A stretch of 64,000 bases of DNA from Marsupella aquatica. Taxonomy: Eukaryota > Plantae > Marchantiophyta. A program made the translations under genes and the position numbers. The stretch spans positions 7,526,963 to 7,590,962 of the forward strand of contig OZ316893.1 of assembly GCA_973895155.1 (NCBI GenBank), read 5' to 3'. Positions within the stretch are counted from its first letter, which is position 1. The number at the start of each line of letters is the position of its first letter. A model generated the notes under the pieces. That model was given only the letters and a program-made list of their open reading frames with translations. It was not told the origin of the DNA and made no database searches. Shown here in pieces: positions 49,182-63,100 of this stretch.

Positions 49182-52100
49182 ATGCGGGTGCCTTGGGGGA
49201 AGCTGGGAGCCCTCTCCCACAAGATAAATCCTCTTGGAGCTCTGTCCCAAAGCCATCATCAACAGGGCGGATCCGATGTGCCCAGAAATGGGCATCAATC
49301 GACAAGAAATGTGGATACGAATGCGACCACTACTCACACTGCTCCAGGGGCTCCAAAGAGCAGGTGGAATCTGCGATCTTCCAGTCGAATGAATCGGTCG
49401 AATTCAGCAGAAAAGAATGATATACAGCTTCAACAACAGAACGGAAACGAGGTTAAAGTTGATATCCCCGAAGAAGAAAATTCGGACTTGCTCGGCGAGA
49501 TTGTCATGTCTGGAATGTTGCACCTACCTGGCAAGCTGATCCACACAAACGTGGGCCACGCCGAGGTCACTGCAAAGCTTACGACCAAGGCATTTTTGTG
49601 GTCTCTGCACTGCCTACGCCTGGAAGACATTGTTGCGGTTCGTTCCCGGCCATCCTCTGTAACAGTTCTTCGTTCCTCTTTCCAATTTTACAATTTGGCA
49701 TATCGAGACTGTGAGTGAGGTCCACGCAACGCAAGAAATTCGATCCTGTCTTATTGTAATAGAACAAACTCTCTGAAGGACACCCACAGGAAATGGCTGT
49801 TACCTGTTCACTGACTTGGAAAGTTCGGGACAACTTAGCGTGGCTTAAGGGCCACTAGGAAGTGAGAGTACGTTCGAAAAAAGTGCACATCAGTAGCCAA
49901 CTGCGTAGGAGGTAGATTCTTGATTTATCTTAAAAGCAGAAGTTTGGAGAATCTGGCTAGCGGTCTGTGGGATGAAATCTTGCGACATGATGTAATGAGA
50001 ATGAATTTCAGATTAGGTCTCCAATGCATTCTTTCACCTTGCTTTCGCAGGTGTCCTGTTACAATGGCAGTAAGCGATTCACAGTTCATTCGTACGCCTC
50101 TGTAAGAACGAGGTGGGTGCCTAAGGCTTTTGGAAAGGCACGCCGTTGCAGATCAGATATGCACTTCTATGCGTCTAAACCAGAGGAGGCATTGGGATGG
50201 GTGGCTGCCTTTGCGCAACAAGGGTGTTACATCAATTTTCTCTCGAATCCAAACCCATCCAAGAAGGGGTCTGCGGGAGACGATGGAGTTTCTTCGGCCA
50301 AAGCAACTGTAAAATGCCGAGCTCCCCCGCAGATGCTAGTAGTTCTGAACCCAAAGTCTGGACGAGGACTTGCCCGCAAGGTTTTTCGCAAGAAAGTGCA
50401 GCCAATTCTAGAGGTATAAAATCTTGAGCCTGCTTCTCTGACGTAAGTTTATTTTGATATCTAATATTGATGTTCTTTCCTCTGCATTTCTGTAAATGAA
50501 GGATTCATTTTCAATCTGTTTTGCGAACAGCTTGCAGGGTTCAAGCTGACAGTGGTGGAGACTACTGGCGCAAGACACGCTCAAAAGATGGCAGAGCAGC
50601 TCGACCTCACAACTTGCCCTGATGGTATCACGGCCCTACTGTCCTACATTTGCATCCTTTGCATTATTTGTATATTTGTGATCTAGGGCGTATTAGATCA
50701 AAACTCCCATGAATAGTAATTGCCTGGTCTTGGCACCGTCCTAGGGTAAATGGAGTTGAACTTAATGGATAAGCAACTCCGTTGCTATCGTCCACTCCCA
50801 ACTCGCTTCCTTTCCTCGCAGAGCGCCGTTCGCACAGTCACTGTGCAATGGCTTCGCCCTAAAGAGTCTGCAAATAAAAAGTGGGGTTAAGTAACGTAGG
50901 AAATCGTTGTTTTAGTAGCTGAAGAAGTAAGCGTCTCTTGGAGCTGAGTTGTCAATCCTATCGTGCCTTGACAGCTAGTTTGTCACATTAAATGGGGGTG
51001 CGTTCCTACTGTTAATCCCCTGCACTGTCAGGCTCCTCGTGAGCAGCCAGTGTCACAGTACGGAAGTTACCCCTGATGAACAGACTTACGTTGCTGAGTA
51101 CTCCATAGGTGCAGAGCTCTCATGATGGGGGGCCTTGTAACAGGCCTTCTTAAACGTGAAGCTATCCACAGGTCTTGAGGGCTGCGAAATTCAAGAATAC
51201 CATCTGATTATGGTGCAGGTATCATATGTGTCGGGGGAGACGGCATCATCAATGAGGTTTGTTTTATATCCTATATCAGATGGAGTGGACAAGTGTTCCT
51301 CATCGTTCTTGGCACAGGACCATCATTTTCCAATTAGAATTAGTTAAAATCGGATTCCATGGAAAACATGAGGGAACCGAAAATTATCGTCACTTTCTCT
51401 GAGCTCGCATCTGAATTTTGGCGAGTAAAGTCCAATTGAAATGTTTTAAGAAATTATAGGTTTCGTGGGAATGTTTCCTAACTCAAGCGTGGCCATGTGC
51501 AAGTGACTTTTGTAAGATTGCCGGGAGTATGGATTTCATGAGCTCATGCGAAGCACATCGTTCTTGCTTTATGACAATTTAATTTGAAGCCTTCTGGCAG
51601 TGCAGGTCTTGAATGGTCTACTTGGTAGACACGATGCTGCACGAGCTTCCACAATTCCCATAGGCATAATACCTGCTGGCTCTGACAACTCCTTAGTGTG
51701 GACTATTCTTGGTGTTAAGGACCCTACTGCAGCAGCTTTGGCTATAGTAAAGGTCTTTAGTCTATCCTGGATCCCTGTCATCATTAGTTAAATCTTTTCC
51801 CGTTTCTCTTAATTGCCACCCTGCCTGCGAAAAAGCTCTAGATGTTCGTAGCTCTAAATGTGTGTTTCTCTGCATCCAGTAAGAAGGTGAGCAGCCTAGT
51901 AATAATCAAATGTTTACTGTCCTTGCTGTGAATCTGCTCTGTCACAATGGTTCATTGTTGAAGGACAGCTTGTGAATATTAATCTCTCTATTTGCTGAGT
52001 GCGGGTTGTGATTTGTTCTTAACAGGGAGGGACAGTTGCTACAGATGTATTCACAGTTGAGTGGACAAAAACCGGTGCAACACACCTTGGCCACACAGTC

Positions 52101-53732
52101 ACCTATTATGGCTTCATGAGTGATGGTAAAACCTCATATTCTGCTTTGTTTTGTTGTGGTTTTGTTTCCTTTTCTCAACACTTATCAAGATTTTGGCTAG
52201 TTAGAGGGGTTCTTGCCATGCTCCATGCCCGTGCTCCTACAGCACATGACAAACTTCTGTGAAAGGTTTGGTTTGTCGGGTTTGTTCAGTTTTGTACAGT
52301 TGAATGCAGTGACTTTGGGAAATAATGTCTTTGGTTTGTCCTTTTGTAACAGTGCTGGAGCTCTCTGCAAAATATCAAGGTCGATTTGGACCGTTGAGGT
52401 ACTTTGTGGCTGGTGCAATTCGTCTCCTCCACATCCCTAAGTACAGATGTGACGTGCGGTTTCTTCCTTCAGAAGATTTAGAGGTTAAAACAGTGGATTC
52501 TTTAGAGAACCCATTGGATGCTGATAAGGGTCCGATATATGACAGTGACACGGACATCGTGGCTGAGCCAAGACTGAGTAATATGGACGGTATGCTGCCC
52601 TCGCATAGCAGGATAGGCAGCGAAATAGACTTCTTTGGGGTTCCAACAGATGCAGCAAATGAGCCGTCAGATTACGTACGTGGTCTGGATTACAAGGCAA
52701 AGAGGTCTCCGTCTGGAGGTCGGTATTCGTCACCTGCTGTACTCGAGGAAGTTGTTGCAGTTCACTCATTAGCAGGAGCAGCCAGCCCATCCCCCCGGTC
52801 TCGTTCACGAAGTAAGTCACGGTCTGACGGTGGCTCCGGATTGAGTGTTATGACTCCAGATATGATACGAAGCTCCAGGTCTTCGCCACAGCTTGTAAAC
52901 GCTGAAACAGGAGTGGGTGGTGGCTGCTTGGGTGACAACATTACTAACAGTCTAGGTAGAAGGTGGGGACCATTGGAGGGAGTATATGATCCCAAGGTTG
53001 GAAGTACCGCACAGATTGAGCCCGTCTTCCGGATCCCGAATGAACAAACTGGTGAAGAGTGGGTGGTGAGACAAGGTCCCTTTCTTGGGGTTATGATTTG
53101 CAATCACGAATGCAAAACAGTACAGTGTCTGGAATCCCAAGCAATGGCACCTACTGCTGAGTATGACGATGGCACTCTGGACTTGCTATTGGTGCGGTGT
53201 GTGGGCCGATTTCAGCTTCTTCGCTTTCTCATCGCAATGCAATTCAACCGCCATTTGTCGTTACCTTTTGTGGAGTACATTAAGGCAAGGCTTGCTCTTT
53301 TGAATCGTCTTCTGCGCAAACATTCTGATTGAAAAGTTGATTAGTGTAATCGTATCATTCGCATCCAGACCTGTGAAACTAGACTTGACACCGGGTTGGC
53401 TATCTCGCTGAATGCTCATATTCTTCACGGGACGTTCTCATCTGATAGCTTAGGGATTTTATTGTATTGAGTAGCTTTCGTGTGAACGGACGAATTTTTC
53501 GATTTTGATGTCGGAGAAATGCTGAAGGCTATTGATCCGGATTCCCTCACTGCATTTGACGTGACTGTTGTTGTTCTTGTTTCAGGTCAAATCAGTGATA
53601 CTAACCCCAAGCAAGAAAGGGCATCTTAGATGTGGTATAGATGGTGAGCTGTTGACTCTAGATGGGCCCATAACGACAACCGTTCTTCCCTATCAATGTC
53701 AACTCATTGGTTCTGCAAGAAAACGTTCATAG
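49182..53732 (+). CDS. LCBK1: Sphingoid long-chain base kinase (LCBK1-type, DAGK catalytic family), 8 coding exons
   Basis: Exons ~49182-49637, 50051-50413, 50531-50624, 51219-51256, 51606-51752, 52026-52125, 52353-53284 and 53586-53732. Motifs LNPKSGRG, VGGDGIINEVLNGL, IPAGSDNSL, YYGFMSD, GPLRYF, DDGTLD, CGIDGE. The start codon is uncertain. Confidence 0.9.
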
Positions 53733-54834
53733 TTCAAGGCACCTTATGAGAGTTGTTTGAGGTATTCATTTGCTGCTAAACGGATTTGTGTAGGTAATTT
53801 GTTATCCGCGCTAGAGGTAGGTTTTCCTAAGCCTCTGCTCGATCAATGGGTAAACGTTGAAGGTGGTTCAACAATATAGGATTGTTTGTAGGTGATGTTG
53901 TAAGTACCCTTGCCCTGTTAGCGGTGATACTTGTGGGTGTAGAAAGAACCTTAGGGAATAATGAATTTAAAGGTGTGGTAAGGCATTTGTGAATATGGAG
54001 AGGTTGACGTTGTTCAAGAATTGCATGTAATAGTATCCTTCTGACGTTATCTAGAGACACAAATGTGTCATTGACTCTGTAGAATAGTGTACCATTCTGT
54101 GGGTTGAGTTTTATATAAGCCTGCTGAAGCAATTTTTTAGTATGTAATCAAATAAAACGGAAAAAGTGCTTGAACACCTTTTCCTCAGTGTTTCTGCGCG
54201 GACTCGTTAACGTGTCCATAATGTTTGTTCCTATTGTAGTGATGATTTGTCTTCTGCATTGAGTCTGATTATGAAGTTTTGTCCGTTTGATATCCGATTA
54301 GTGCAACTGTGTGAACTCGTTTTTTAAATTACTGCAAACTAGAGAGAGCCTCAGCCTATATCTTGGTCTTAGTTCCGTATGTGAAGTCCTTTTCATTTCA
54401 CAGGAAGTCTACATTCGGTTCCATGCAGGTGTAGCGTTCATGTGGATTCCCTTCAGAATTTCATCGTTCCTGATCTCGGTAGATACCTTCTAATTTTGCA
54501 AATCCAAACTCTATAATTGGGCTCAAGAAGACAGATTCCGTGCTGTTGGTGGGTGATGAGGTGTACAGGCTGCACCTACAGTTCCCCCTTTCGAAAAGCA
54601 TAATGAGGGGTGAACATACGGAAGAATTCCCTTGTTTTCTTCCTTTCATATCTGTCAGTGATACTGAATGTCCAACTTCCCTGGCCGCAAGTGTTTAGGG
54701 TTTAGAATGTCCAACAGCTGTGTAAAACTTGTTGTCATTGACAACTATAATAAGGGATCCTTGCCTCCTTCATCCTAATACCAAAAAGAAGCTCCTGAGC
54801 AGCAAAGATCCACAGTTGTTAGATTCGATTAGCT

Positions 54835-55116
54835 TAGCTGTTTGATTCTATTACCTGCTGTTTGATTCTATTACCTGTTTTCTATTCTATTAGCTGTTTG
54901 ATTCTATTACCTGTTTTCTATGACCATTGATAGAGTAAATGTGCACCCCTAACAGATATGTGCTTCCCAACTCACTTTCAAGTTTTTGAAGCTCTATATA
55001 TGGTGAACCCACCTTTCACATTTTGTCTTATTAAGATTTACATATGTGCTTCCGAACTCACTTTCAAGTTTTTGAAGCTCCTATATATGGTGAACCCACC
55101 TTTCACATTTTGTCTT
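54835..55116. repeat. Short tandem repeats and a ~75-bp direct duplication
   Basis: GCTGTTTGATTCTATTACCT-like repeats, plus two copies of ATATGTGCTTCC.AACTCACTTTCAAG...TTTCACATTTTGTCTT. Confidence 0.65.
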
Positions 55117-58100
55117 CTTCTGATTTTGTATCATGTATTTTTATTTCAGTGTGCCTTATCAAGGGGGCAGCCTTTGTATCATATACATTTTTTATTGATG
55201 TTTAGACCCTTTAAGTTTAGGTATTCTAGAGTATTTTGAACTTATTTTGGCAGCCTCCTTACAACTTTTAAAGTTTGTGATCTCTTTGAGACATGACTCC
55301 CACCAAGAGGACCACCACTTGAACAAAGTATTCATTTCTGAATAACATGAACACATAGTGTTTTAAGTTCCCCATGTGTTTCTTTCCTAAGTTTATGTTT
55401 TTTTATTGAAATGAGTGTCATTCATAAGGTACATTGAATTAAGTGCACATCATAGCATCCTTGTGTCATAAAACTTGACTGTGCTTTTTCATTGGTCACT
55501 GTGCTTTTCATGGCATTTATTTTACTGACATTATTTTGTCCTTCTAGTTATGTTCTCATATTTTATTTACTTTCAAATCATTACAAGACAAAAAAAAAAA
55601 TCAAGCATGTTCCAGGATGAGCATGCTATATGATATAGCCAAAAAACATGTAAGTGTAGTGGTCAACATTTACACAATTTTCACTGATTACCAACATATG
55701 AGCAAAATCAAACTCTTTTGTGGTAATTGTCTGCAATGAGGTTTCTCTGCATAATAGAGCGTTGTAGGGTTGTGCTGGTGCCCAAGGTTTAGGGGTGCGC
55801 TGGTGCCCTTGGACGATTAAATGCTACAACTCCCTCAAGACAGGGTATTATTAACACATAACCCATGTCTGAGCATGGGCACAATGGCATGGACACTGCC
55901 TCCACTGCTGTAAGCTTAAGGGTGGGAGGCACCCAAAGAAAAGGTGCAAGAGCCCTGTATATTACAATTTAGAGAAAGGGGCAAATTAATGATAAGGGCC
56001 AAACAAAGTACACTAAAGTAAAAGCAAAGAATATACCTGCATTTCAGGAGACCTTTGGACTTCAAGCTACTTATATATGAACCCTAAATATCATACTGCC
56101 TGAACAAAGAGGGCCAACCAGGAGACAGGATCCCAAAGGCCAAAGACCAATACAGAGGAGAACACAAAACCTGAGGAGTACCAAATAGCAAACAGCACGA
56201 GAGTACCCACAAACAGCAAAAGTAACTAAATTCCTATTGTTCCTCAAACTGGAACTATGACTGCCCGGTAACTTTTGAAACGTTCTCACACATTATATTT
56301 TTGCAGAGTCTCACACACCTGGCAAATGCTGGCCCCCTATATCTTCGTTTATGTGGACCCACCCCTACAACTCGTTCCTTGTCTTATTATGTTATGCTTT
56401 ATAATAAAGTAGTTGACACAGGAGACCGACGCACTCCTGCTATAGCTCAAAAAGACTTCAAAACATTAAAGTAGCCTATCTATAAGTGTTGTGCCCTTTC
56501 CATGTACGTCTGTTTAAAAAACAATTCGATGAGATGTTTCAGCTTTTGTCTAATAAAAACCTTTTATGGGAATGGTGACTTCACACCTCATCTCAAATAA
56601 CAAGTGATCGAGGTTAAAGGAAATAGAGTGGTTCTTTTCCCAACGTAACCCATCCGTCTTTTGTCCTAGTATAGCTCGTAAGGTTCACATGGTAGAGAAT
56701 CCTCCCCTTTATAGACTATGAAATGAAATTGGGAGCATTATGTTGTACCTTCTAGACTCAGATTTGTAAAGTGACTGGTATGATATTCCTTTGCAGATAT
56801 TAAACATTGACACTTGGACAATGAGATCATAGCCTTAGTACACTTTCTCACCTTTTTGCAAAACCTGTCAGTATATAGATATTGACTGAGATCAAGCTTT
56901 CCGTTGGTTTAGATGGATGTTGTTAACTCAGGGCCCACTCTACATACCAGTATGCATCGTCCTATTTCCCCTTTTGCTGAGGAATAAGAATCTCTGGTCA
57001 TACCAAAAGTACTGCTCCAAAACGCCAGTAAATTAGGGTTGAATTGGAGAATTTGGTGACCATATATTAAGAGTCGACATTGAGAATACTGCAGTCATAA
57101 TATTGACGGTCCAATTTAGAACAATGTACTGTAGAGTGCCATCTAGAAAGCCTTAAGCTACAGAAAATTTTCCCAAATACCACACCATTAAGTTTATAGT
57201 CTTATGTCTTTGTCTTATTATTTTAACCTTCAAATGCACCTGCTACAGAAACCTTTGCCTACCCAGCACCTGGGCAATGGGGAAATTTACAGGCACTAGA
57301 ACCTAAAAATTGGGGCAGCCAGTTTTCATGCTCCTGCCCCTGCTTACTGCCTGCACAGTTAGGAGCAACTCTTGCTGGCCAATCCCTTGGGGAACTCAAT
57401 CAGTATTACTTGTAGGCTGGCCACCCTAGGCTGGCCGGGAGCCCAACCTGACTGCACTTGATATGAGAATCATTTCCCACCTTCCTTTCCACTGAAGAAA
57501 TTTCAAGTGCCCACAAGACATTTGATTGTATTCAATGTGGCACTTCCCAACTCACTTTCAAGCATGCATTTTAACAAAGCATTCAAATTTGAACCAGCAA
57601 TCCCCTCATTCTGAAATTTGGCAAACTGTCACATCACCTGCCCTCATCACTTTCATTTACTTGAGTGTGGCCCAGAGGCAAGGGGGATGACATAGTGGCG
57701 ACTTGTATTTTATTTCAAAGACTTGAGTCCTCCTTTCATAGTGGCAAATATCAAGCATAGATCTCAAGCGCATTTTGCTTTGGCAGGTAATCTCCCAATG
57801 AAATTAGAGTAAGTGGCCTCTTGCATGCATTCCAATGCTAGAGCACATCTCCATCAGCAGCACAACTTGTCCAGGTTTCCTCTTGTGCTTCTGAATTGCA
57901 AAAGTTACAGCTTTGTATAGTGAACTTTGTGGTATCTTCACAGGTGTCTTCATCGAGTCCAACTATTGCACTAGTCTTTGAACCTCCTTAGTTCCATGTT
58001 TTGGTGACACAGCTGCAGCTAAGAACAAGTGCTCAAACTGATCTTCTCTTTCGATTACTCCGTGGACTCAGTTCCCCAGACCATCTTTGTGCCATGGCCA

Positions 58101-58196
58101 AACTTTGTACCTAATCATGCAGCCCAGATATTCAGGTGTATCTCCCCTTCCTTTGTACTTATGCAGCCCAGGTGTTTTGAAACCAATCAGAGTAAT

Positions 58197-58370
58197 CTGA
58201 TTGGTACATAGGAATAATCTCTGATTTTTGCCCATTCAAAAGTGTACTCTGATTGGTACATAGGAATCATCTCTTATTTTTGCCCATCCAAAAGTATACT
58301 CTGATTGGTACATAGGAATAATCTCTGATTTTTTCAATTCAAAAGTGCTCTACCAGATGTTTTTGTAGTG
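58197..58370. repeat. 52-bp tandem repeat x3 ending in a CACTA-like terminus
   Basis: CTGATTGGTACATAGGAAT.ATCTCT.ATTTTT...AAAAGT at 58197, 58249 and 58301, followed by ATGTTTTTGTAGTG ending at 58370. Confidence 0.6.
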
Positions 58371-58644
58371 CTTCACTTTGTACCTTGCTGTCTTGAACTC
58401 CTTCTATGAGGCAACCAGGAAAGGCCAGTATTGTCAACAAACAATTGGTGGCACAGATATATTGCTATCTTGCTTAAGCTTCAATCCTTGTTACTCCCTT
58501 CTTCAATTTTCTGCTTCAATAGAGTCATCAAGGATTGCGCTATCAATGTAAACAATAAGCGGGAAAGTGAACTGCAAAGCCAATTGATTGATCGGTCTAC
58601 CAATGCGCAAGTGATGGGGGGCAGTGGTCCTATGGAATCGAGTC

Positions 58645-59560
58645 ACGCACAACACAGTGCAATGTAGTATCCGGGGGAGGGGCCCGAGGTATCAATCATG
58701 ACCTTGAAAGTTCTTACTGGTGTGGAAGTGCCCCGAAGCTGCTGCCAGCACAATGTGATGTGATTTTGTTGTACCTTGAATTCCCAGATGAGGAGAGCTC
58801 CACAAGGGAGCTCAGCTTCCATGAACACTGGAATTCTCTCTCTGGGGTTCTGGTGAAGTTCGGGTAACTTGACCAAGTTCCCAATCAGCTTCCAGTACGC
58901 CATGGCACAGTTGCCCGGTAGTAGCCCATTCGGTCCATCCTCCCACCTAATGAAATTACCATTGACTCCTATCACGTCCGTCATGTGCACAAATCCAACT
59001 CTGAATATCCTTCTTTGTGGGTTTTGTGAACACTTAGCCTGGTTGGGTTGGATATGATTAAGGTGGGGTCTCCAAAGGGGGAGATGCAGCCACCCCTCCC
59101 TGTGGCCAGGAGCCGTATGCCGTAGATTCTTTTTTATCACATCCCAGCCAGTGCAGATGTTGCACCATACGTGAGACCATCCTTAGGTAGCGTATGGCAC
59201 TGTGAGACCACCCATGAGAAGTCCTCGATTCCCCACTTCTGCTTTGAAAGCATCCTGATTTTGTACTGAAGTATGCGTCGTAGGGGGTGGTCCTCCTCTG
59301 TCAGGGCCCAGTCTAACTCCCCTTTGCAGGTTGACCTGTTTAGTGACATTCCCGTTGATGTGCATGTTTGATTGGGTTTGTTCAACCCAAGATTCAGCCA
59401 GCCTTCTTACTGGGGCATCTCACATATGGCAAGTTTGGGGAAATTTGCGTGCCAGGGGTACTGGCCCACGGGCCTCCGGATAGGACTGGTCAGGCACCGA
59501 TTGTAGTGCCCGACCAGTCATGCTCGGGAATTTCCACCGAAACCCCCGCCTCCGTGATTA
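58645..59560 (-). pseudogene. Degenerate LINE ORF2 C-terminal fragment
   Basis: Broken W-rich ORFs (WALTEEDHPLRRIL..KWGIEDFSWV; LPLWRPHLNH) resemble the post-RT region of plant LINEs. Confidence 0.5.
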
Positions 59561-60169
59561 ACCCTGGTTACATGTATAGGGTTTACAACGATCCTTTGTG
59601 CAAACAGCACAACGAGCAGCATATCGTTCACTCTACTTTATCTCCATTTTCACACTACAGGAATTTGAATCACAAAGCTCCACGTGCGCATTGTCATGCC
59701 GAGGGACAGTGCCTCTTATGCACATTGGCATGTCCCTCGCCTGCCCGCTAGGTATGTAGTTAGGGCTAGTGTACTACCTGAGTTAGCGACATGTTCTTGT
59801 AGCAAGTCTGGGCCGTTCTTGAAGCAAATGTGCTTGTTAGTGTGACGCCAGGACTTTGCTTGCTTAGGGCATGTCTTTCTTTTTTGGTTTTCAGTTCTTC
59901 TTGAATCGCTGTTGACAGAGCTCAGACAGTGCTCGTCGGTTCCGTACACGAGATTCACATAGTGATTCGTTAGATGCTCCCGACCGATCTGGGCATCCTG
60001 CCGGTTTTCGATTTGATTTCAGTACAATTGTTTCTCTTACGCCTTTTATTCAAGAAGAACTGCCGAGTTAGCGGTGAGGAGAAGAAGATTGCTCGTGGCG
60101 ATTTCGACAATTTCTGGTGAAGCTGGTGCAATTTCTATGGAAAAACGCTGAGCGATGGGGTGGAAGTTA

Positions 60170-63100
60170 TGACTTTAAGTGTATACACTTAAGTATACAC
60201 TTAAGTCAAACAAGCCCCCCTCCCTCGTTTTCCTTTGCATTTTTGCCCAGGCTTTTCTTTTCCGACCGCAACCTGTTTCGCAACTTGCTATTATCGATTG
60301 CTGCATCGACGCCGATTGCACAGGGCGCACCCGCGCTCGCGTTTTTAATGACCTCTTTGGGGCCCTTTTTTGTTTACCGGCCACGACTACCTCGGCCACC
60401 GTGCGCCCCTTTTCTTTCGTCCTTTTTTGCCTTGCCAAGCCTCGAAGTTCCTCCCTCCGTTTGTTTTCCTGCCTTTATCTCGCAAGCTATGCGTATAGGG
60501 CATCGTGCCTCCCACTGCCAGCATTTAATTAAGGAGAGGAGGGGGAGCAAGTACAAGCCGGGAGTCGAGGAGAAGGCATAGAGGCCTATGAGCATTAAAT
60601 CAGGGGGGAGGGGGGAGTCGAGGCTGGAACGCAAGGAGAGGAGGGGGACTGGCAGGAGCGAGTGTCCCAGGAGAGGGCACAAGGCCCTATGTTGAATTAA
60701 AGAGGGGAGGGGGAGTTCACATTCAATTCCCTTCTCGGGAGGCCCACAGTGCATTAACGAAGGGGGGGAGAGTTTACGTAGACTCCTTTTGGGAGTCCTC
60801 TTGCAGGGCACGAGGCCCTTTCACAACATTAAAGAGAAGGGGGGGTACAATCGACTCCCTTCTCTTGGGAGTACTTCGGGAGCTCATACGGAGGGGGCGC
60901 GAAGCCCTATGCAGGGCTCGTGCCATTAAGAGGGCCCGATTTCTTTTGCCCTCACCTCGCCTTGGCTTTTCTCCTCTTTTCGGCCACCTGCGAGCCTGCC
61001 TCGACTATTTTCCCCTTTTTTGGCCTTTCTCGTTTTTTTTGCCGCGCCACGATCGACCTGCTGCCAGTTCCCGGGTCCACATAGGGCCGATGTGTATACA
61101 CTTACGGGGGCCCCTTTCACGTGTTGCAGGGCCCATTTCTTTCCGTTTGCTCTTGCTTTGTTCTCGACTACTTGCATAGGGCATCGTGCCGGCCGGTCCT
61201 TCCTTTTTTGGGTCCACATAGGGGCCCGACGTATACACTTTAAAGGGGCCCAATGTGTACACTTAAGGGGGCCCCTATTCACGTTTTCAAGGGCCCATTC
61301 TTTCAGGATTTCTTTGTTGCCGCCACATGTCATCTGCATAGACTTTGATAGTTTCTCAGCGCTTACACATTCTACACATTGCTGCCTTGCACCGTTTGTT
61401 TCCTTTGTGGGTTTTATTTCTTAGCCTTGGGGCTGCCACTCCTTTTTCTTGTCAATTTCTTTCCCATTGGCACCCCGGGTGAGCATGCAGCATGTCAGCC
61501 GATGACCTAGGAGGTAGCAGCTCATCACCACCAACACCCCGATACCACTTACGGAGTGATCCACGACCCTTGGTGCCAATTTCATTGGAGTCTCGGCAAT
61601 TTCAACGACGTCCACAGACAGCAGCAGCACCCACACCACGCAATCCTTCTGCTCAATTTGGTGGTCGCTTCACCCTACCCCGAAGCCTGCTATCACTTCC
61701 TTGCCATTTACCCCTTCTGCATCAGTGGTTGTTCCAGCTTCACCGACATACAGCATGGATGCTAGCCACTCATCTGGCCGCATTGAGCGCTTCAGCGGGC
61801 GGCCAGGCACTGTTTCTTTGCGTGAGTTCAAATCCACTTTCTACACTATCGTTTACGAATTGGAGTTGAAGTACGGCAGCAATTTCACAATTAATGCTTT
61901 TGCATTTAAGCAGCTAGCCAGGTATGTGCACCATGAGGCTTTGGATGTGTATGAGCAGCACTCTCAACGGCTGCTTGTTGTCACACAATTGCCTAATCCT
62001 ACCTATGCTAGTGCAATTGCAGCTGCCTCACAACTGGCATTACAGAATGCCATTGCAGCCCATGCTGCTACTCCTACTACTTCCCCTCCTACTCCAGTTC
62101 CTACCACTGCGCCAGTTACTCCCACTATCTTGGCACAGGCTACATCAGGCATTTCTCTCACTATTGATTCTCCTGCCTTTGCTGATCCAGTGGCTGAGTT
62201 TTTCCAGGTTCTTGAATTGGAATTCCCAATCAAGAGTGCTGACAAAATCATGCAGTTGGCTACCTTTGTGAGGCAGCGCGATGAAACATTAAAGATGATG
62301 TATCACCGGCTTCTCAAGCTGAAAGAGGACACCCAAAGCATCACTGACCTGGAGGTTGCGCATTGCTATTGTTGTGCATTGGAGGGCACACCAGCTCTCC
62401 ATTCGCAAGTGTTGCAGCAAGTATTCTCAGAGTTTGGAGATAGCTACACATTGCTCAATGTCTATGACACTACTGAGAAACTTGAGTTGGTCCATGCACA
62501 TTATGAGGCCAGTATTGTGCGTCCACCGCGATCTAGGTACCAGGCTGCTGCCCCTACACTGGCCACCCCTTCCCATGTGCCATAATATGGTTCCAAGACC
62601 AAGGCAGCACATGCTGCTTTCATGCTGCCATCTTGCAACTACTGTGGTAACCCCAATCACAAGGCTAATGAATGTGATATTGTTGTTGAGGATCTGTCTT
62701 GTGATTTTTGCGGGAAAGTGGGTCACTTGGAAGCAGTTTGTTTTGCCAAATTCCGAGAGTGGAAGCAGCTATGACAATAGGCCACTCATCCTGCTCCTAT
62801 TTCCACTCCCCCACCAGCTAGGAGGGCTCCTACTGCATCAGTTGCTCCTCCTTCCAGTGGCAAAGCACCCAGTGCCAACAAGTTGCCCAAGCAGCAACAG
62901 AAGCAACCAGCTCAGAAGGAGGCTCACAATGCACAGGCAACTCAACTCCAGTCTCTAACTCATGAGGTTGAGTCCTTGCGTGCCCAACTTGCCAATATCA
63001 AAGGCAAGTCAATTGCCTCTGCTGGTCCTTCTCAACCGGCTGGTCACGTGCAACCCATCCCTGGCTCAGGCACCACTGACAGTTCAGCACCTCTACCCCG

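Noticed and set aside
57300-58000. Possible decayed transposase on the minus strand
   Set aside because: All frames are broken, and no motif could be assigned with confidence.
58197-58350. Regularly spaced repeats considered as a CRISPR array
   Set aside because: These are contiguous 52-bp tandem units without unique spacers, in a eukaryotic context.
59110-59125. GAGCCGTATGC, like the start of group II intron domain V
   Set aside because: The rest of domain V is absent, and it lies inside a LINE relic.
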